Origin: an uncultured Actinomycetes bacterium
Lineage (GTDB): Bacteria > Actinomycetota > Acidimicrobiia > IMCC26256 > PALSA-610
Direction of reading: 5' to 3'
Length of the DNA stretch: 64,000 bases
Assembly: GCA_963781425.1 (NCBI GenBank)
Contig: CAWAGX010000011.1
Span: forward strand, 10,476 to 74,475
In this document: piece after piece, positions 49,941-59,951 of the stretch
How the letters are laid out: every line of letters begins with the position of its first letter
Position numbering within the stretch: the first letter of the stretch is position 1
Program-made: the position numbers and the translations under genes
Notes under the pieces: model-generated
Seen by the model: the letters and a program-made list of their open reading frames with translations, nothing else
What the model was told of the DNA's origin: nothing
Database searches by the model: none

Positions 49941-50018
49941 CGCCGGCGTCCCGCGCGCTCGCGCGAACCGGTACGCGCGCTCACTCAAGATCCGTCGCCC
50001 TTCGCGTCGATCACCCCG

Positions 50019-51365
50019 TTGGGCGTGCTGCGAGACACGACCAGACGGGGGAACAGACTCGTGCCGCAGCCGGCCGACATTGCTCATCTACTCCGGCGAG
50101 CCGGGTTCGGGGGCACTCCGAGCCAGATCGCGATGCTTGCGGCTCAGCCGTGGGCGACCACCGTCGACCAGCTGGTGGACTTCTCCGCGGCGACACCCGA
50201 CCAGCCCACCTTCCTCACCGACGGAAGCAGCGAGGACTGGGAGAAGGAATACAAGCTGCAGCAATGGTGGCTCGACCGCATGGCCACGACGACGGCGCCG
50301 CTGCAGGAGAAGCTCACGCTGTTCTGGCACGGTCATTTTGCGACCGCGAACTACAAGGTCACGGACATGGTGCTCATGTATCGCCAGAACGCGTTGTTCC
50401 GCGCGATGGCGACGGGACCATTTCGCGATCTCGTGCAGACGATGTCGCTCCAGCCCGCGATGCTCATCTGGCTCGACAACGATCCCAACACGAGAGGCCA
50501 TCCCAACGAGAATTTCGCGCGGGAGCTGATGGAGCTCTTCACGCTCGGGGTCAACGAGTACACCCAGGCCGACATCGTGGCGTCGGCACGAGCATGGACC
50601 GGTCACAACACGCTCGATTCCGACCGAACCCAGTACCACTTCTATCCGTACCGCCATGACACGGATCTCAAGACGTTCATGGGCGTCACCCAGAACTGGG
50701 ACGGCCCCGACATCATCAACTTCCTCCTGCGCGACGACGCGACGCACAAGCAGATCGCGTCCCGCTTCATCGCGAAGAAGATGTGGTCCTTCTTTGCGTA
50801 TCCCGATCCGGACCCCGGGCTCGTCGCGACCCTCGGCGACACGTTCGCCGCCGCGGATCTCTCGATCGCCGCGCTCGTGCGGGCGATCTTCAACCATCCC
50901 GAGTTCCTGTCGACGCGCGCCAAGCAAGGCCTTGTGCGCTCGCCCGCGGAGTGGATCGTCGCGTGCATGCGTGCGGTCGGCATCACGGCCGGAGACGCGA
51001 ACCCACAGTGGTGGATGGAGGACATGGGTCAACAGCTGTTCGAGCCTCCGGATGTGTCGGGATGGCGGCCGAACGACTACTGGCTGACGACGTCGCGGAT
51101 GTGGGCACGCGCCAACTGGGCCGCATACCTGGTGTGGCAGAACAACGTGCGCAACACCCTCAATGCCGTCGTCGGCATGACCGTGGCCAATGCCGTACAG
51201 CACGCGTTCGACGTCATGCGCATCGACACACCGTCGTCCCACACCCGCTCGAAGCTCGAGGCCTGGTTGACGAGCCAGCGCGGCGACACCAACGCATGGG
51301 GCGACTGGACCTTCATCAACCTGTTGACACTCGTGATGCTGACGCCCGAGATGAACCTCGCGTAG
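50019..51365 (+). CDS. DUF1800 domain protein
   Basis: Intact 448-aa ORF. HLLRRAGFGGTP, LFWHGHFAT, NENFARELMELFTLG and PPDVSGW match the DUF1800 pattern. It is paired with a DUF1501 gene, as is usual. Confidence 0.75.
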   Translation: MGVLRDTTRRGNRLVPQPADIAHLLRRAGFGGTPSQIAMLAAQPWATTVDQLVDFSAATPDQPTFLTDGSSEDWEKEYKLQQWWLDRMATTTAPLQEKLTLFWHGHFATANYKVTDMVLMYRQNALFRAMATGPFRDLVQTMSLQPAMLIWLDNDPNTRGHPNENFARELMELFTLGVNEYTQADIVASARAWTGHNTLDSDRTQYHFYPYRHDTDLKTFMGVTQNWDGPDIINFLLRDDATHKQIASRFIAKKMWSFFAYPDPDPGLVATLGDTFAAADLSIAALVRAIFNHPEFLSTRAKQGLVRSPAEWIVACMRAVGITAGDANPQWWMEDMGQQLFEPPDVSGWRPNDYWLTTSRMWARANWAAYLVWQNNVRNTLNAVVGMTVANAVQHAFDVMRIDTPSSHTRSKLEAWLTSQRGDTNAWGDWTFINLLTLVMLTPEMNLA

Positions 51366-51374
51366 GAGATCGTC

Positions 51375-53367
51375 GTGACCGAATCCGCTCCCAGCCTCTT
51401 CGCGCAGAACGGCTTGTCGCGCCGGCGCTTCCTCCAGTTCAGCGCGATGGGCGCCGGCACCGTCGCGGTCAGTCCGTACCTCTCGCGCCTCGAGGCATTC
51501 GCGGCGCCACCCGTCGCAAAGGACCAGGGAATCCTCGTCACGATCCAGCTCAGCGGTGGCAACGACGGCTTGAACATGGTCGTGCCGACCGGCAACGCGA
51601 CCTATGCGGCGTTGCGGCCGACGCTGAAGATCACCAACGGCCTCTCGATCGGCAGCGGCTTCGCGTTGCACCCGTCACTCGTGAAGACCAAGGCGCGCTA
51701 CGACCACGGGAACGTCGCGATCGTGCGCGGGGTCGGGTACCAACCACCGGACCTCAGTCACTTCACCTCGACGGACATCTGGATGCACGGCTGGGGTGGC
51801 AGCGGCACCTCGACGACCGGTTGGGCGGGCCGCTTCCTCGACGGTCTTCCGAATACGACACACGAGTCGCTCTACGGCGTGTCGCTGCACGGGAACGTGA
51901 ACCCGCACCTGAACGGCGCGGTGGCACACCCTTCGTCGTTGCCGTTGAGCATCGGCGACGCGTTCGGCATCGATCGCAGCGATCCGTCGCTCGCCCGGAT
52001 GTTCGACGCGGTCGCGAGCTTCGGGAACGGCGCATCGGAGCTCGGTCCGCTCGGCGATTCGTACGACACGACCGCGATGGAGCTGATGCAGCTGACGCAG
52101 CGCGTCCGACCCGCCTACTCGTTCCCGCGCCAGGACACGAACCTCGGCCAACAGCTCGTGCTCGCCGCGCACCTGATCAACGCCAACCTCGGCATCCGTG
52201 TGATCGACACTTCGATGGGCGGCTTCGACACGCACTCGGACCAAGCCGGGTTCCACGCGGAGCTGCTCGTCGCGGCTCGACACCGCGATCGACGCGTTTT
52301 TCGCGACGCTGTCGCCTCGGTGGCGAGGCACAGGTCGCGATGATGACCTTCTCGGAGTTCGGGCGCCGGCCGGACGAGAACGGCGACGGCGGTACCGACC
52401 ACGGCGCCGCTTCGCCGCTGCTCGTGATCGGCGATCACGTCCGCGGCGGCCTGCACGGCGCCCAGCCCAGCCTCACCGACCTCGACGACGACGGCAACCT
52501 CAAGCCGTCCGTCGACTTTCGCTCCGTCTACGCCACCGTGCTCGACACGTGGCTACGCGCCGACGACCGCGAGGTGCTCGGCCGCACGTACTCGCCGCTG
52601 TCGTTGTTCTCGTCGCCGCCGAGCGCGCCGCCGTCGGACGCCACCACACGGCGCAGCGCCGGGTACTGGCTCGCGGGGCCGGGAGGCGGTGTGCACGGCT
52701 TCGGCACTGCGACGAAGTTCGGCTCGCTCGCCGCGCGTTCGACAAGCCGATCGTCGCGGGGGCGGCGACAGCGCACGCACCACGGGCTGTGGCTCTGCGG
52801 TACCGACGGCGGCATCTTCAGCTTCGGCGACGCCGAAGTTCCACGGGTCGATGGGCGGCCGACACTTGAACAAGCCGATCGTCGCGCATGGCCGCGACGC
52901 CGTCCGGCAAGGGCTACTGGCTCGTCGCGAGCGACGGCGGCATCTTCTGCTTCGGCGACGCCAAGTTCCGCGGCTCGACGGGCGGCCGGCACCTGGACAA
53001 GCCGATCGTCGGCATGAGCGCGACGCCGTCCGGCACGGCTACTGGCTCGTGCGCGAGCGACGGCGGCATCTTCTGCTTCGGCGACGCCAAGTTCCGCGGC
53101 TCGATCGGGCGGCAAACGCCTCGACAAGCCGATCGTCGCCATGGCGGCGACGCCGTCCGGGCAACGGCTACTGGCTCGTGCGCGAGCGACGGCGGCATCT
53201 TCTCCTTCGGCGACGCCCACTATCACGGGTCGAAGGTCCACACGTCCGCGCCGGTGTGCGGCTTTGCCGGCAACGGCTACTGGATGACCGCCCGCGACGG
53301 CAAGGTCGCCGCGTTCGGCGACCGCCCTCGGCCGCGCCCACGCGCCACCGCGGTGCTCGTGCCGTAG
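51375..53367 (+). CDS. DUF1501 (sulfatase/phosphatase-superfamily) Tat-secreted protein with C-terminal GYWLV-DGGIF-FGDA repeat extension, frame-disrupted
   Basis: Tat signal SRRRFLQFSAMGAG. LSGGNDGLNMVVP, LSHFTSTDIWMHG, GGFDTHSDQ, FSEFGRRPDENGDGGTDHGAA. Six ~41-aa repeats follow to the stop at 53367. Frame switches occur near 52270 and within the repeats. Confidence 0.7.
52650..53330 (+). repeat. Tandem coding repeat, period ~122 nt, three central copies nearly identical at DNA level
   Basis: ggctactggctcgt(c/g)cgcgagcgacggcggcatcttct(g/c)cttcggcgacgcc recurs at about 52913, 53035 and 53165. Diverged copies lie at about 52660, 52785 and 53275. Confidence 0.8.
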
Positions 53368-53383
53368 GAGGAGTTCGACTCGC

Positions 53384-53806
53384 TCAGGCGGAGAGCCCTT
53401 CCCAACCGGGAGGTGGCGGCTCGAGCCGCCAGTACTGCTCGGGTGCGGGCGACGCAGCTTGCGCCGATCTGCCAGTCGTCCTCGACGTGAGCAGTTGACT
53501 CGGGTAGCAGCTGAGCGGGGTCGCGTCGAGCACGAGCGGCGTGATCTTCCTTGCGCCGTGCTTCCATCACGTCGTCGCCCGGTTGGAATCCGCTCTGCAC
53601 GTCCCAGACACGCATCGGATCCGGATAACGCGGTGGGTTGCCCGCGAACACCGTGACGACCGTGCAACCCGGGTGCGCGGCCATGAACCTCGCACAGCCG
53701 AGGACTGCATCATCGAGATGCGGCGACACGATCACCGCACGGTCGAGCTCTCCGTCGCGGGAGTCCCCACTGGGATCGGGAAGGTGTGGTCCCGAATCGC
53801 GGTCAT
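53384..53806 (-). CDS. PIG-L/LmbE-family deacetylase-like protein, short and frame-disrupted
   Basis: AVIVSPHLDDAVLGCARFMAAHPGCTVVTVFAG is the PIG-L N-terminal motif. ATG 53806 overlaps the upstream stop (ATGA). The C-terminal part ...QYWRLEPPPPGWEGLSA stop (53384) is in another frame. Confidence 0.45.
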
Positions 53807-54122
53807 CGGCGGCGCTTGAGCCCGTGCCGAACCGCCGTGACGTGTGCGCGGGATGTTGCGCATGTGGTCGTCGACGTAGTGCTCGAACTCGAAGTGTTCG
53901 GCGACCACTGATGCAAGCCGCTCGTGCATGTGCGTGAGATGTGCTCCTCGGCGGGTCAACGCCGTGTCCGCGCCAGACGACCATCGGCACCGCGCAGATC
54001 TCGCATTCGGCGATCCAACAGATGTCGTCTTCGTGAAACCACGGCGTGATGCGCGCCGCTTCACAGAGATCGCATCCATCTGCGCGCGCCAGGTCGTCGG
54101 CCACGCCACGACGATAGAACAC
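53803..54122 (-). CDS. Hypothetical CxxC...CxxC (zinc-binding-like) small protein, frame-disrupted
   Basis: GCDLCEAARITPWFHEDDICWIAECEICAVPMVVWR, then HLTHMHERLASVVAEHFEFEHYVDDHMRNIP in a second frame. The GTG 54122 start is tentative and no family is recognised. Confidence 0.35.
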
Positions 54123-54153
54123 CGCCCCCCGGGTGCGGCTAGCATGGGCGCCG

Positions 54154-55263
54154 ATGAAAGGGCTGATCCTCGCCGGCGGGGCTGGAACGCGGCTCCGCCC
54201 GATCACGCACACGAGCGCGAAGCAGCTCGTGCCGATCGCGAACAAGCCGATCCTCTTCTACGTCGTCGAGCAGCTGGCGGCGGCCGGCATCAAGCACATC
54301 GGCGTCATCATCAGCACCGACGACACCGGCCTCGAGATCGAGGCGGCGCTCGGCGACGGGTCGCGGCTCGGCGTCGAGGTCGAGTACATCCCGCAGGAAG
54401 CACCCCTTGGTCTCGCCCACTGTGTGCAGATCGCGCGAGCGTTCCTCGGCGACGACGACTTCGTCGTCTACCTCGGCGACAACATGCTGCAACAGGATCT
54501 GAAGACGATCGTCGATCGCTTCGAGGAGAAGCGCAACCGACCGCTCGAGCTCCACGAACCGGGCGCGCACCCACCCGTCGCGCAGATCCTGCTCGCGCAC
54601 GTCGACGATCCGCGCCAGTTCGGCGTGGTCGCGCTCGACGGACAGGGCCGCGTCGTGCGGCTGATCGAGAAGCCGCTCGAACCGCCGTCGGATCTCGCGC
54701 TTGCCGGCGTCTACCTGTTCGACAAGACCGTGCACGAGGCGGTGCGTGCGATCGCGCCGTCGGCCCGCGGCGAGCTCGAGATCACCGACGCGATCCAGTG
54801 GCTGATCGACCAGGGCCACGAGGTCGCGCACGAGATCCTGCAGGGCTGGTGGATCGACACCGGCAAGAAGGATCCACTGCTGCATTGCAACCGGCTGGTA
54901 CTCGACACCATTGCCGCGCGGATCGACGGCAGCGTCGACGATCAGTCACGCGTCGAGGGGCGCGTGATCATCGAGGTCGGCGCCCGCCTCGAGAACTCCG
55001 TCGTGCGCGGACCCGCGATCATCGGTGCCGGGACGGTGCTCGTCGACACCTACGTCGGGCCGTACACCGCGATCGGCGCGGACTGTGAGCTGCGCGATGC
55101 CGGCATCGAGCACTCGGTGGTACTGGAGCGGAGCCGCATCGTGGGCGTGCACCGCTGCCAGGACTCGCTGATCGGCCGGGAAGTCGAAGTCACACGCACG
55201 GGCGAACGACCGAAGGCAACGCGTCTCATGCTCGGCGATCACTCACGGGCGGATTTGGAGTAG
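54154..55263 (+). CDS. rmlA: Glucose-1-phosphate thymidylyltransferase, long form with C-terminal left-handed beta-helix
   Basis: MKGLILAGGAGTRLRPITHTSAKQLVPIANKPIL, GDNML, EKP and hexapeptide-like repeats at the C-terminus. It is intact and heads the rml operon. Confidence 0.85.
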   Translation: MKGLILAGGAGTRLRPITHTSAKQLVPIANKPILFYVVEQLAAAGIKHIGVIISTDDTGLEIEAALGDGSRLGVEVEYIPQEAPLGLAHCVQIARAFLGDDDFVVYLGDNMLQQDLKTIVDRFEEKRNRPLELHEPGAHPPVAQILLAHVDDPRQFGVVALDGQGRVVRLIEKPLEPPSDLALAGVYLFDKTVHEAVRAIAPSARGELEITDAIQWLIDQGHEVAHEILQGWWIDTGKKDPLLHCNRLVLDTIAARIDGSVDDQSRVEGRVIIEVGARLENSVVRGPAIIGAGTVLVDTYVGPYTAIGADCELRDAGIEHSVVLERSRIVGVHRCQDSLIGREVEVTRTGERPKATRLMLGDHSRADLE

Positions 55264-55265
55264 CG

Positions 55266-55817
55266 ATGGCGAAGGTGAACGAGAGTGGAACGATCGCGGG
55301 CGTGTACCACGTGCAACCCTCCGTGCACGGAGACGCGCGCGGGCTGTTCGTCGAGACCTTCCGGCGCGAATGGATCCCGGGCGCCCGCGAGATGATCCAG
55401 GCGAACCGCGCCGACCGCAAGGCCGGCGCGATCGTCGGGCTCCATTTCCACCTCCACCAGGCCGACTACTGGTACGTGCCGTTCGGGCAAGCCCGCGTCG
55501 TGCTGCACGACCTGCGCACCGGCGGCCCGACCGATCGCGCGACCGAGACGTTCGACCTCGGCGGTGACGAGCACCCGGGCGTGTTCATTCCTCCCGGCGT
55601 CGCGCACGGTTTCGCGTCGCTCACGGACGCGACGATCACGTATCTCGTCGACGGCTACTACAACGCGGCCGACGAGCTCGGGGTCGCGTGGGACGATCCC
55701 GAGATCGCCGCCGACTGGGGTGTCACGAACCCGGTGCTGTCGGAACGCGACCGCACGAATCCCAAGCGCGCCGAGATCGGTGAGCGGGTGCGGCCGGCGT
55801 GGCCGCTGCGCACATGA
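55266..55817 (+). CDS. rmlC: dTDP-4-dehydrorhamnose 3,5-epimerase
   Basis: HGDARGLFVETF, GLHFHLHQADYWYV and PPGVAHGF. Intact 183-aa ORF. Confidence 0.85.
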   Translation: MAKVNESGTIAGVYHVQPSVHGDARGLFVETFRREWIPGAREMIQANRADRKAGAIVGLHFHLHQADYWYVPFGQARVVLHDLRTGGPTDRATETFDLGGDEHPGVFIPPGVAHGFASLTDATITYLVDGYYNAADELGVAWDDPEIAADWGVTNPVLSERDRTNPKRAEIGERVRPAWPLRT

Positions 55818-56813
55818 ACATTCTCGTCACCGGCGGCGCCGGTTTCATCGGAGCGAACTTCGTTCGGTACTGGGCCGAGACACGCGACTCGGACGACACG
55901 ATCGTCGTCGTCGACGCGCTCACCTACGCAGGGAATCGCGCCAATCTCGATGACGTTCGTCATGAGTTCGTGCACGCCGACATCTCCGATCTGGCGGCGA
56001 TGGAAGAGACCTTGCGCCGCGCATCACATCGACGTGATCGTCAACTTCGCCGCCGAGTCGCACAACTCTTACGCGATCACGAACCCGGGCGCGTTCTTCC
56101 GCACCAACGTCGTCGGTACCCAGACCCTGTGCGAAGCGGCTCGGCGCGTCGGCGTGGCGCGGCTGCATCACATCTCCACCTGCGAGGTGTACGGGGACCT
56201 CGACCTTGACTCCAACGAGCAGTTCACCGAGGACTCCCCGTATCGTCCGCGGACGCCCTACAACGCGTCGAAGGCCGGCGGCGACCATGCCGTGCGTGCA
56301 TACTTCGAGACGTTCGGTGTGCCGATCACGATCACGAACTGTGCGAACAACTACGGGCCGTACCAGTTCCCCGAGAAGGTCATCCCGCTCTTCGTGACGC
56401 TCGCACTCGACGACGACCCGCTGCCGCTCTACGCCTCCACCGAGAACCGGCGCGAATGGATCCACGTGCTCGACCACTGCCGCGCCATCGCGCTGGTCGT
56501 CGAGCAGGGCCGGGTCGGCGAGACCTATCACGTCGGCACCGGCGTGGAGCGCAGCATCGAGGAGATCGCCGATGCCGTGCTCGTCGAGCTCGGCAAGCCG
56601 CAGACGCTGAAGACGATCGTGCCCGACCGGCCCGGACACGATCGCCGGTACGCGCTCGACTGGAGCAAGATCCGCGCCGAGCTCGGCTGGGAGCCGACGG
56701 TCGACTTCGGTCCGGGGCTCGCGGAGACCGTGCAGTGGTACGCGGCGAACCGGGCGTGGTGGAAGCCGTTGCGAGAGCGCGCGCCGGTGCGCGAGGACGC
56801 CGCCTGGGCGTGA
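55814..56813 (+). CDS. rmlB: dTDP-glucose 4,6-dehydratase, one frame break near 56020
   Basis: ATGA overlap with the rmlC stop. ILVTGGAGFIGANF, NFAAESH, STCEVYGD, YNASKAGGDH and PGHDRRYA. Confidence 0.85.
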
Positions 56814-56820
56814 TGTGCTG

Positions 56821-57635
56821 ATGCGCGTCGTCGTGACAGGGTCCAACGGACAGGTCGGCCTCGAGGTCGCGGAACGCGCTGGAGGTGGCATCGGGTCGGT
56901 GGACGTCGACCTCGCGCGAAGCGATGCGCGAGCACATCACCGCCACCGCGCCCGATGTCGTCGTGCACTGCGCCGCGTACACGGATGTCGACGGCTGCGA
57001 GAGCGACCTCGACCGGGCCATGCACGTCAACGCCGAAGGCGTGCAGGTGGTGGTCGACGCCGCCGATGCGTGCGGCGCCTTCGTCGTCGCCGTCTCGACC
57101 GACTACGTCTTCGACGGCACGAAGACGTCGCCCTACGTCGAGAGCGACGCACCCCATCCGCTCAGCGCGTACGGCCGCTCGAAGCTCGCGGGCGAGCAGG
57201 CCGTCGACCTCGACCGGCACGCCGTCGTGCGCACGTCATGGGTCTGTGGACGGGTCGGCCGCAACATGGTGAAGACGATCCTGCGCTTGATGCGCGAGGA
57301 CATGCCGATGCGATTCGTCGACGACCAGCGTGGCCACCCGACGATCGCCTCCGACCTCGCGGGCGGGTTGCTCGACGATCGCCGCGCAGCGCCGCGCCGG
57401 GCTCTGGCACGTCACCAATCAGGGCGCGGTGAGCTGGTACGAGTTCGCCCGCGAGGTGGTGAAGGCCGGAGGCGGAGACCCGTCCCGGGTCGAACCGATC
57501 ACGACCGCCGAGCTGCAGCCTCCGCGCCCCGCGCCCCGCCCCGCGAACTCCGTCCTCGACTCCGAGCGCCTCACGCCGAGCGAGCTCCTCCCCGACTTCC
57601 GCGAGACCCTCCCCGCGCTCGTCCGTCTGCTGTAG
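56821..57635 (+). CDS. rmlD: dTDP-4-dehydrorhamnose reductase, about 2 frame breaks
   Basis: [45 protein letters not shown] and the end [20 protein letters not shown]...LVRLL stop (TAG 57633-57635). Confidence 0.8.
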
Positions 57636-57676
57636 AGGCGTGTTTGAGGTGCGGTATCCGCACCTCAAACACGCCT
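57636..57676. repeat. Perfect palindrome, 19-bp arms, 3-nt loop (copy 1)
   Basis: AGGCGTGTTTGAGGTGCGG-TAT-CCGCACCTCAAACACGCCT starts 1 nt after the rmlD stop. Confidence 0.9.
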
Positions 57677-57679
57677 AGG

Positions 57680-58610
57680 CCGTGCGGCGGTTCGAGCAGT
57701 GTCCGAAGGGCGGCGGCACCCTCGGGAATGCCGGCATCGAGATCGTCATCGGTGATCGTCACACGGTCCCAGCCCATTGCCTGCATGAGCCGCGTCCGCG
57801 ATGCGTTCTTCTCGTACCGCTCGCGATCACCGTGGAACTTGTACGGATCGAACTCCGCGCCGACCCCGAGGCTCGGCCACGCAAAGTCGAGCCGAATCCG
57901 TTCACCATTCGGAAGCGTGCGCCAGAACTGCGCGCACGGGCTCCGGCAACGAGTGTTCGCGGAGGAGCTGGAGCAACAGGGTTTCTGCCGCGCGTCTCGG
58001 CGCTGCGTTCGGGCGGGACGAAGTGCTGCAAGCGCGTCCAGGATGATCTCGCCTCCTAGACGCACGGAGCCGCCAAGGCGCTCTTGCGCGCGCCAAACGC
58101 TGCGGACGTCGACCAGGTTCCGTCGAACGGATTCGAGGAGTGCGAGGTCGAGGGTGCGTCGATCGAGTGCGTGCAACTCGACGAGACCGGCGAGATCGCA
58201 GAGGGTTCGTGCGGCTCGCGTGACCGGGATCGAGTCGACGATCATCACGTCGAGGTCGGAGAGATGTCGACTCTCGTGCACGATCACGTCTGGATACGGC
58301 CAACGATGGTGGCGCAGCGTCGTGATCTCGACGACCTCAGCCCCGCCCGGCAGCCCATGCAGGAACGCCGCTGCGCGGAACGAGGCGGCACTCGGCTTTC
58401 CGCCTGCGAGGCAGGCGGCCAAAGGGACTGGTGCCACGAGCGGGCTGTCGAGGGCACTCGGTACACCGAGTCGTAGACACGAATGAGGCGTCCTGACTTG
58501 ACGCGCCGAGTGATCTGGTCCCGACTCCCGACGGCCACGAGCTGGTCTCGGGTGACGAGGCCGTGTTGCTGTGGTGCCAACTCAGCGACGGTGCGGTCGA
58601 TCGCTCGCAT
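57680..58610 (-). pseudogene. AbiEi_4-like N-terminal domain plus DUF559 (Vsr-like endonuclease fold) protein, at least 3 frame breaks, no in-frame stop before the palindrome
   Basis: N-terminal segment [52 protein letters not shown]. The C-terminal part reads LLQLLREHSLPEPV / RIRLDFAWPSLGVGAEFDPYKFHGDRERYEKNASRTRLMQAMGWDRVTITDDDL, spread over three frames. Confidence 0.6.
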
Positions 58611-58659
58611 TGCCGAAGCGTCCCATAGCGCTGAGACACCATCGCGTCCCGTTCAGGTA

Positions 58660-58698
58660 GGCGTGTTTGAGGTGCGGAAACCGCACCTCAAACACGCC
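58660..58698. repeat. Perfect palindrome, 18-bp arms, 3-nt loop (copy 2 of the same element)
   Basis: GGCGTGTTTGAGGTGCGG-AAA-CCGCACCTCAAACACGCC ends 18 nt before the icd stop codon. Confidence 0.9.
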
Positions 58699-58715
58699 CC
58701 GCCTCCGCCGGGTCG

Positions 58716-59915
58716 TTACAGGCGGTCGACGATGGCTTGGGCGAACTGGCTGGTCTTCACCTCGGTGGCGCCCTCCATCAGGCGGGCGAAGTCGTAGGTC
58801 ACGATCTTCTCGGCGATCGCCGCTTCGAGGGCGCGCACGATGTCGGCGGCTGCCTTCGTCCAGCCCGAGGTGCTCGAACATCATCACGCCCGACAGCAGC
58901 ACCGATGACGGGTTGACCTTGTCCTGGCCCGCGTACTTCGGCGCGGTGCCGTGCGTGGCCTCGAACACACCGTGCCCGGTCACGTAGTTGATATTGCCGC
59001 CCGGTGCGATCCCGATCCCGCCGACCTGTGCGGCCAGCGCGTCCGACAGGTAGTCGCCGTTCAGGTTCGTCGTCGCGATGACGTCGAAGTCATCGGGCCG
59101 GGTGAGCACCTGCTGCAGCGTGATGTCGGCGATGTTGTCCTTGACCAGGATCTTGTCGCCGGGCTTGCCCCCGCAGTCGTCCCATCCGACCGCGACATCA
59201 GAGAACTCCTCACGCACGAGCTCGTAGCCCCAGTTGCGGAAGGCGCCCTCGGTGAACTTCTGGATGTTGCCCTTGTGCACGAGCGTCACGCTCTTGCGAT
59301 CGTGCTCGACCGCGTACTGCAACGAGGCCCGGATCAGCCGCTTCGATCCCGTCTCCGAGATGGGCTTGATGCCGACCCCGGAGTCCTCACGTATGTTCCA
59401 ACCGAAGTTCTCCTTCAGCAGCTGGATCAGCTTGCGTGCCTCCGGCGTGCCCTCCTCCACCTCGAGACCGGCGTAGATGTCCTCGGTGTTCTCGCGGAAG
59501 ATCACGATGTCGACGCAGCTCGGGATGCTTCACCGGCGACGGCACACCTGCGAACCACCGCACCGGCCGCAAGCACACGTACAGGTCCATGATCTGGCGC
59601 AAGCGCGACGTTCAGCGAGCGGATGCCACCACCGACGGGCGTGGTCAACGGGCCCTTGATCCCGATCAGGTACTCGCGGAACGCGGCGACCGTCTCGTCG
59701 GGAGCCACGACGCCCGTGGCATTGAACGCCTTCTCGCCCGCCAGCACCTCTTGCCATGCGATCGACTTGCCGTGCTTGGCAGCCGCCGCGTCCATCACGA
59801 GCTGCGCGGCCGGCCAGATGTCGACGCCCGTGCCGTCGCCCTCGACGTACGGGATGATCGGCTCGTCGGGCACCGACAGCGTGCCGTCGGACTGCATCAG
59901 GATCTTCTCAGGCAT
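58716..59915 (-). CDS. icd: NADP-dependent isocitrate dehydrogenase (prokaryotic homodimeric type), about 3 frame breaks
   Basis: [70 protein letters not shown] and GTAPKYAG. The C-terminus ...FAQAIVDRL stop (TAA 58716-58718) is in another frame. Confidence 0.8.
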
Positions 59916-59951
59916 GAGGAAGGACGCTAGTGCGCGCGCCGGTCCCGCGGG

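Noticed and set aside
52650-53330. Regularly spaced ~120-nt direct repeats that could be mistaken for a CRISPR-like or satellite array.
   Set aside because: The repeats are contiguous with no unique spacers, are in coding phase and translate into a conserved protein repeat, so this is a coding tandem repeat.
57636-57676. Annotating the palindromes as canonical Rho-independent terminators.
   Set aside because: There is no U-tract on either side. The hairpins may still terminate or stabilise transcripts, but that is not demonstrable from sequence, so they are annotated as repeats.
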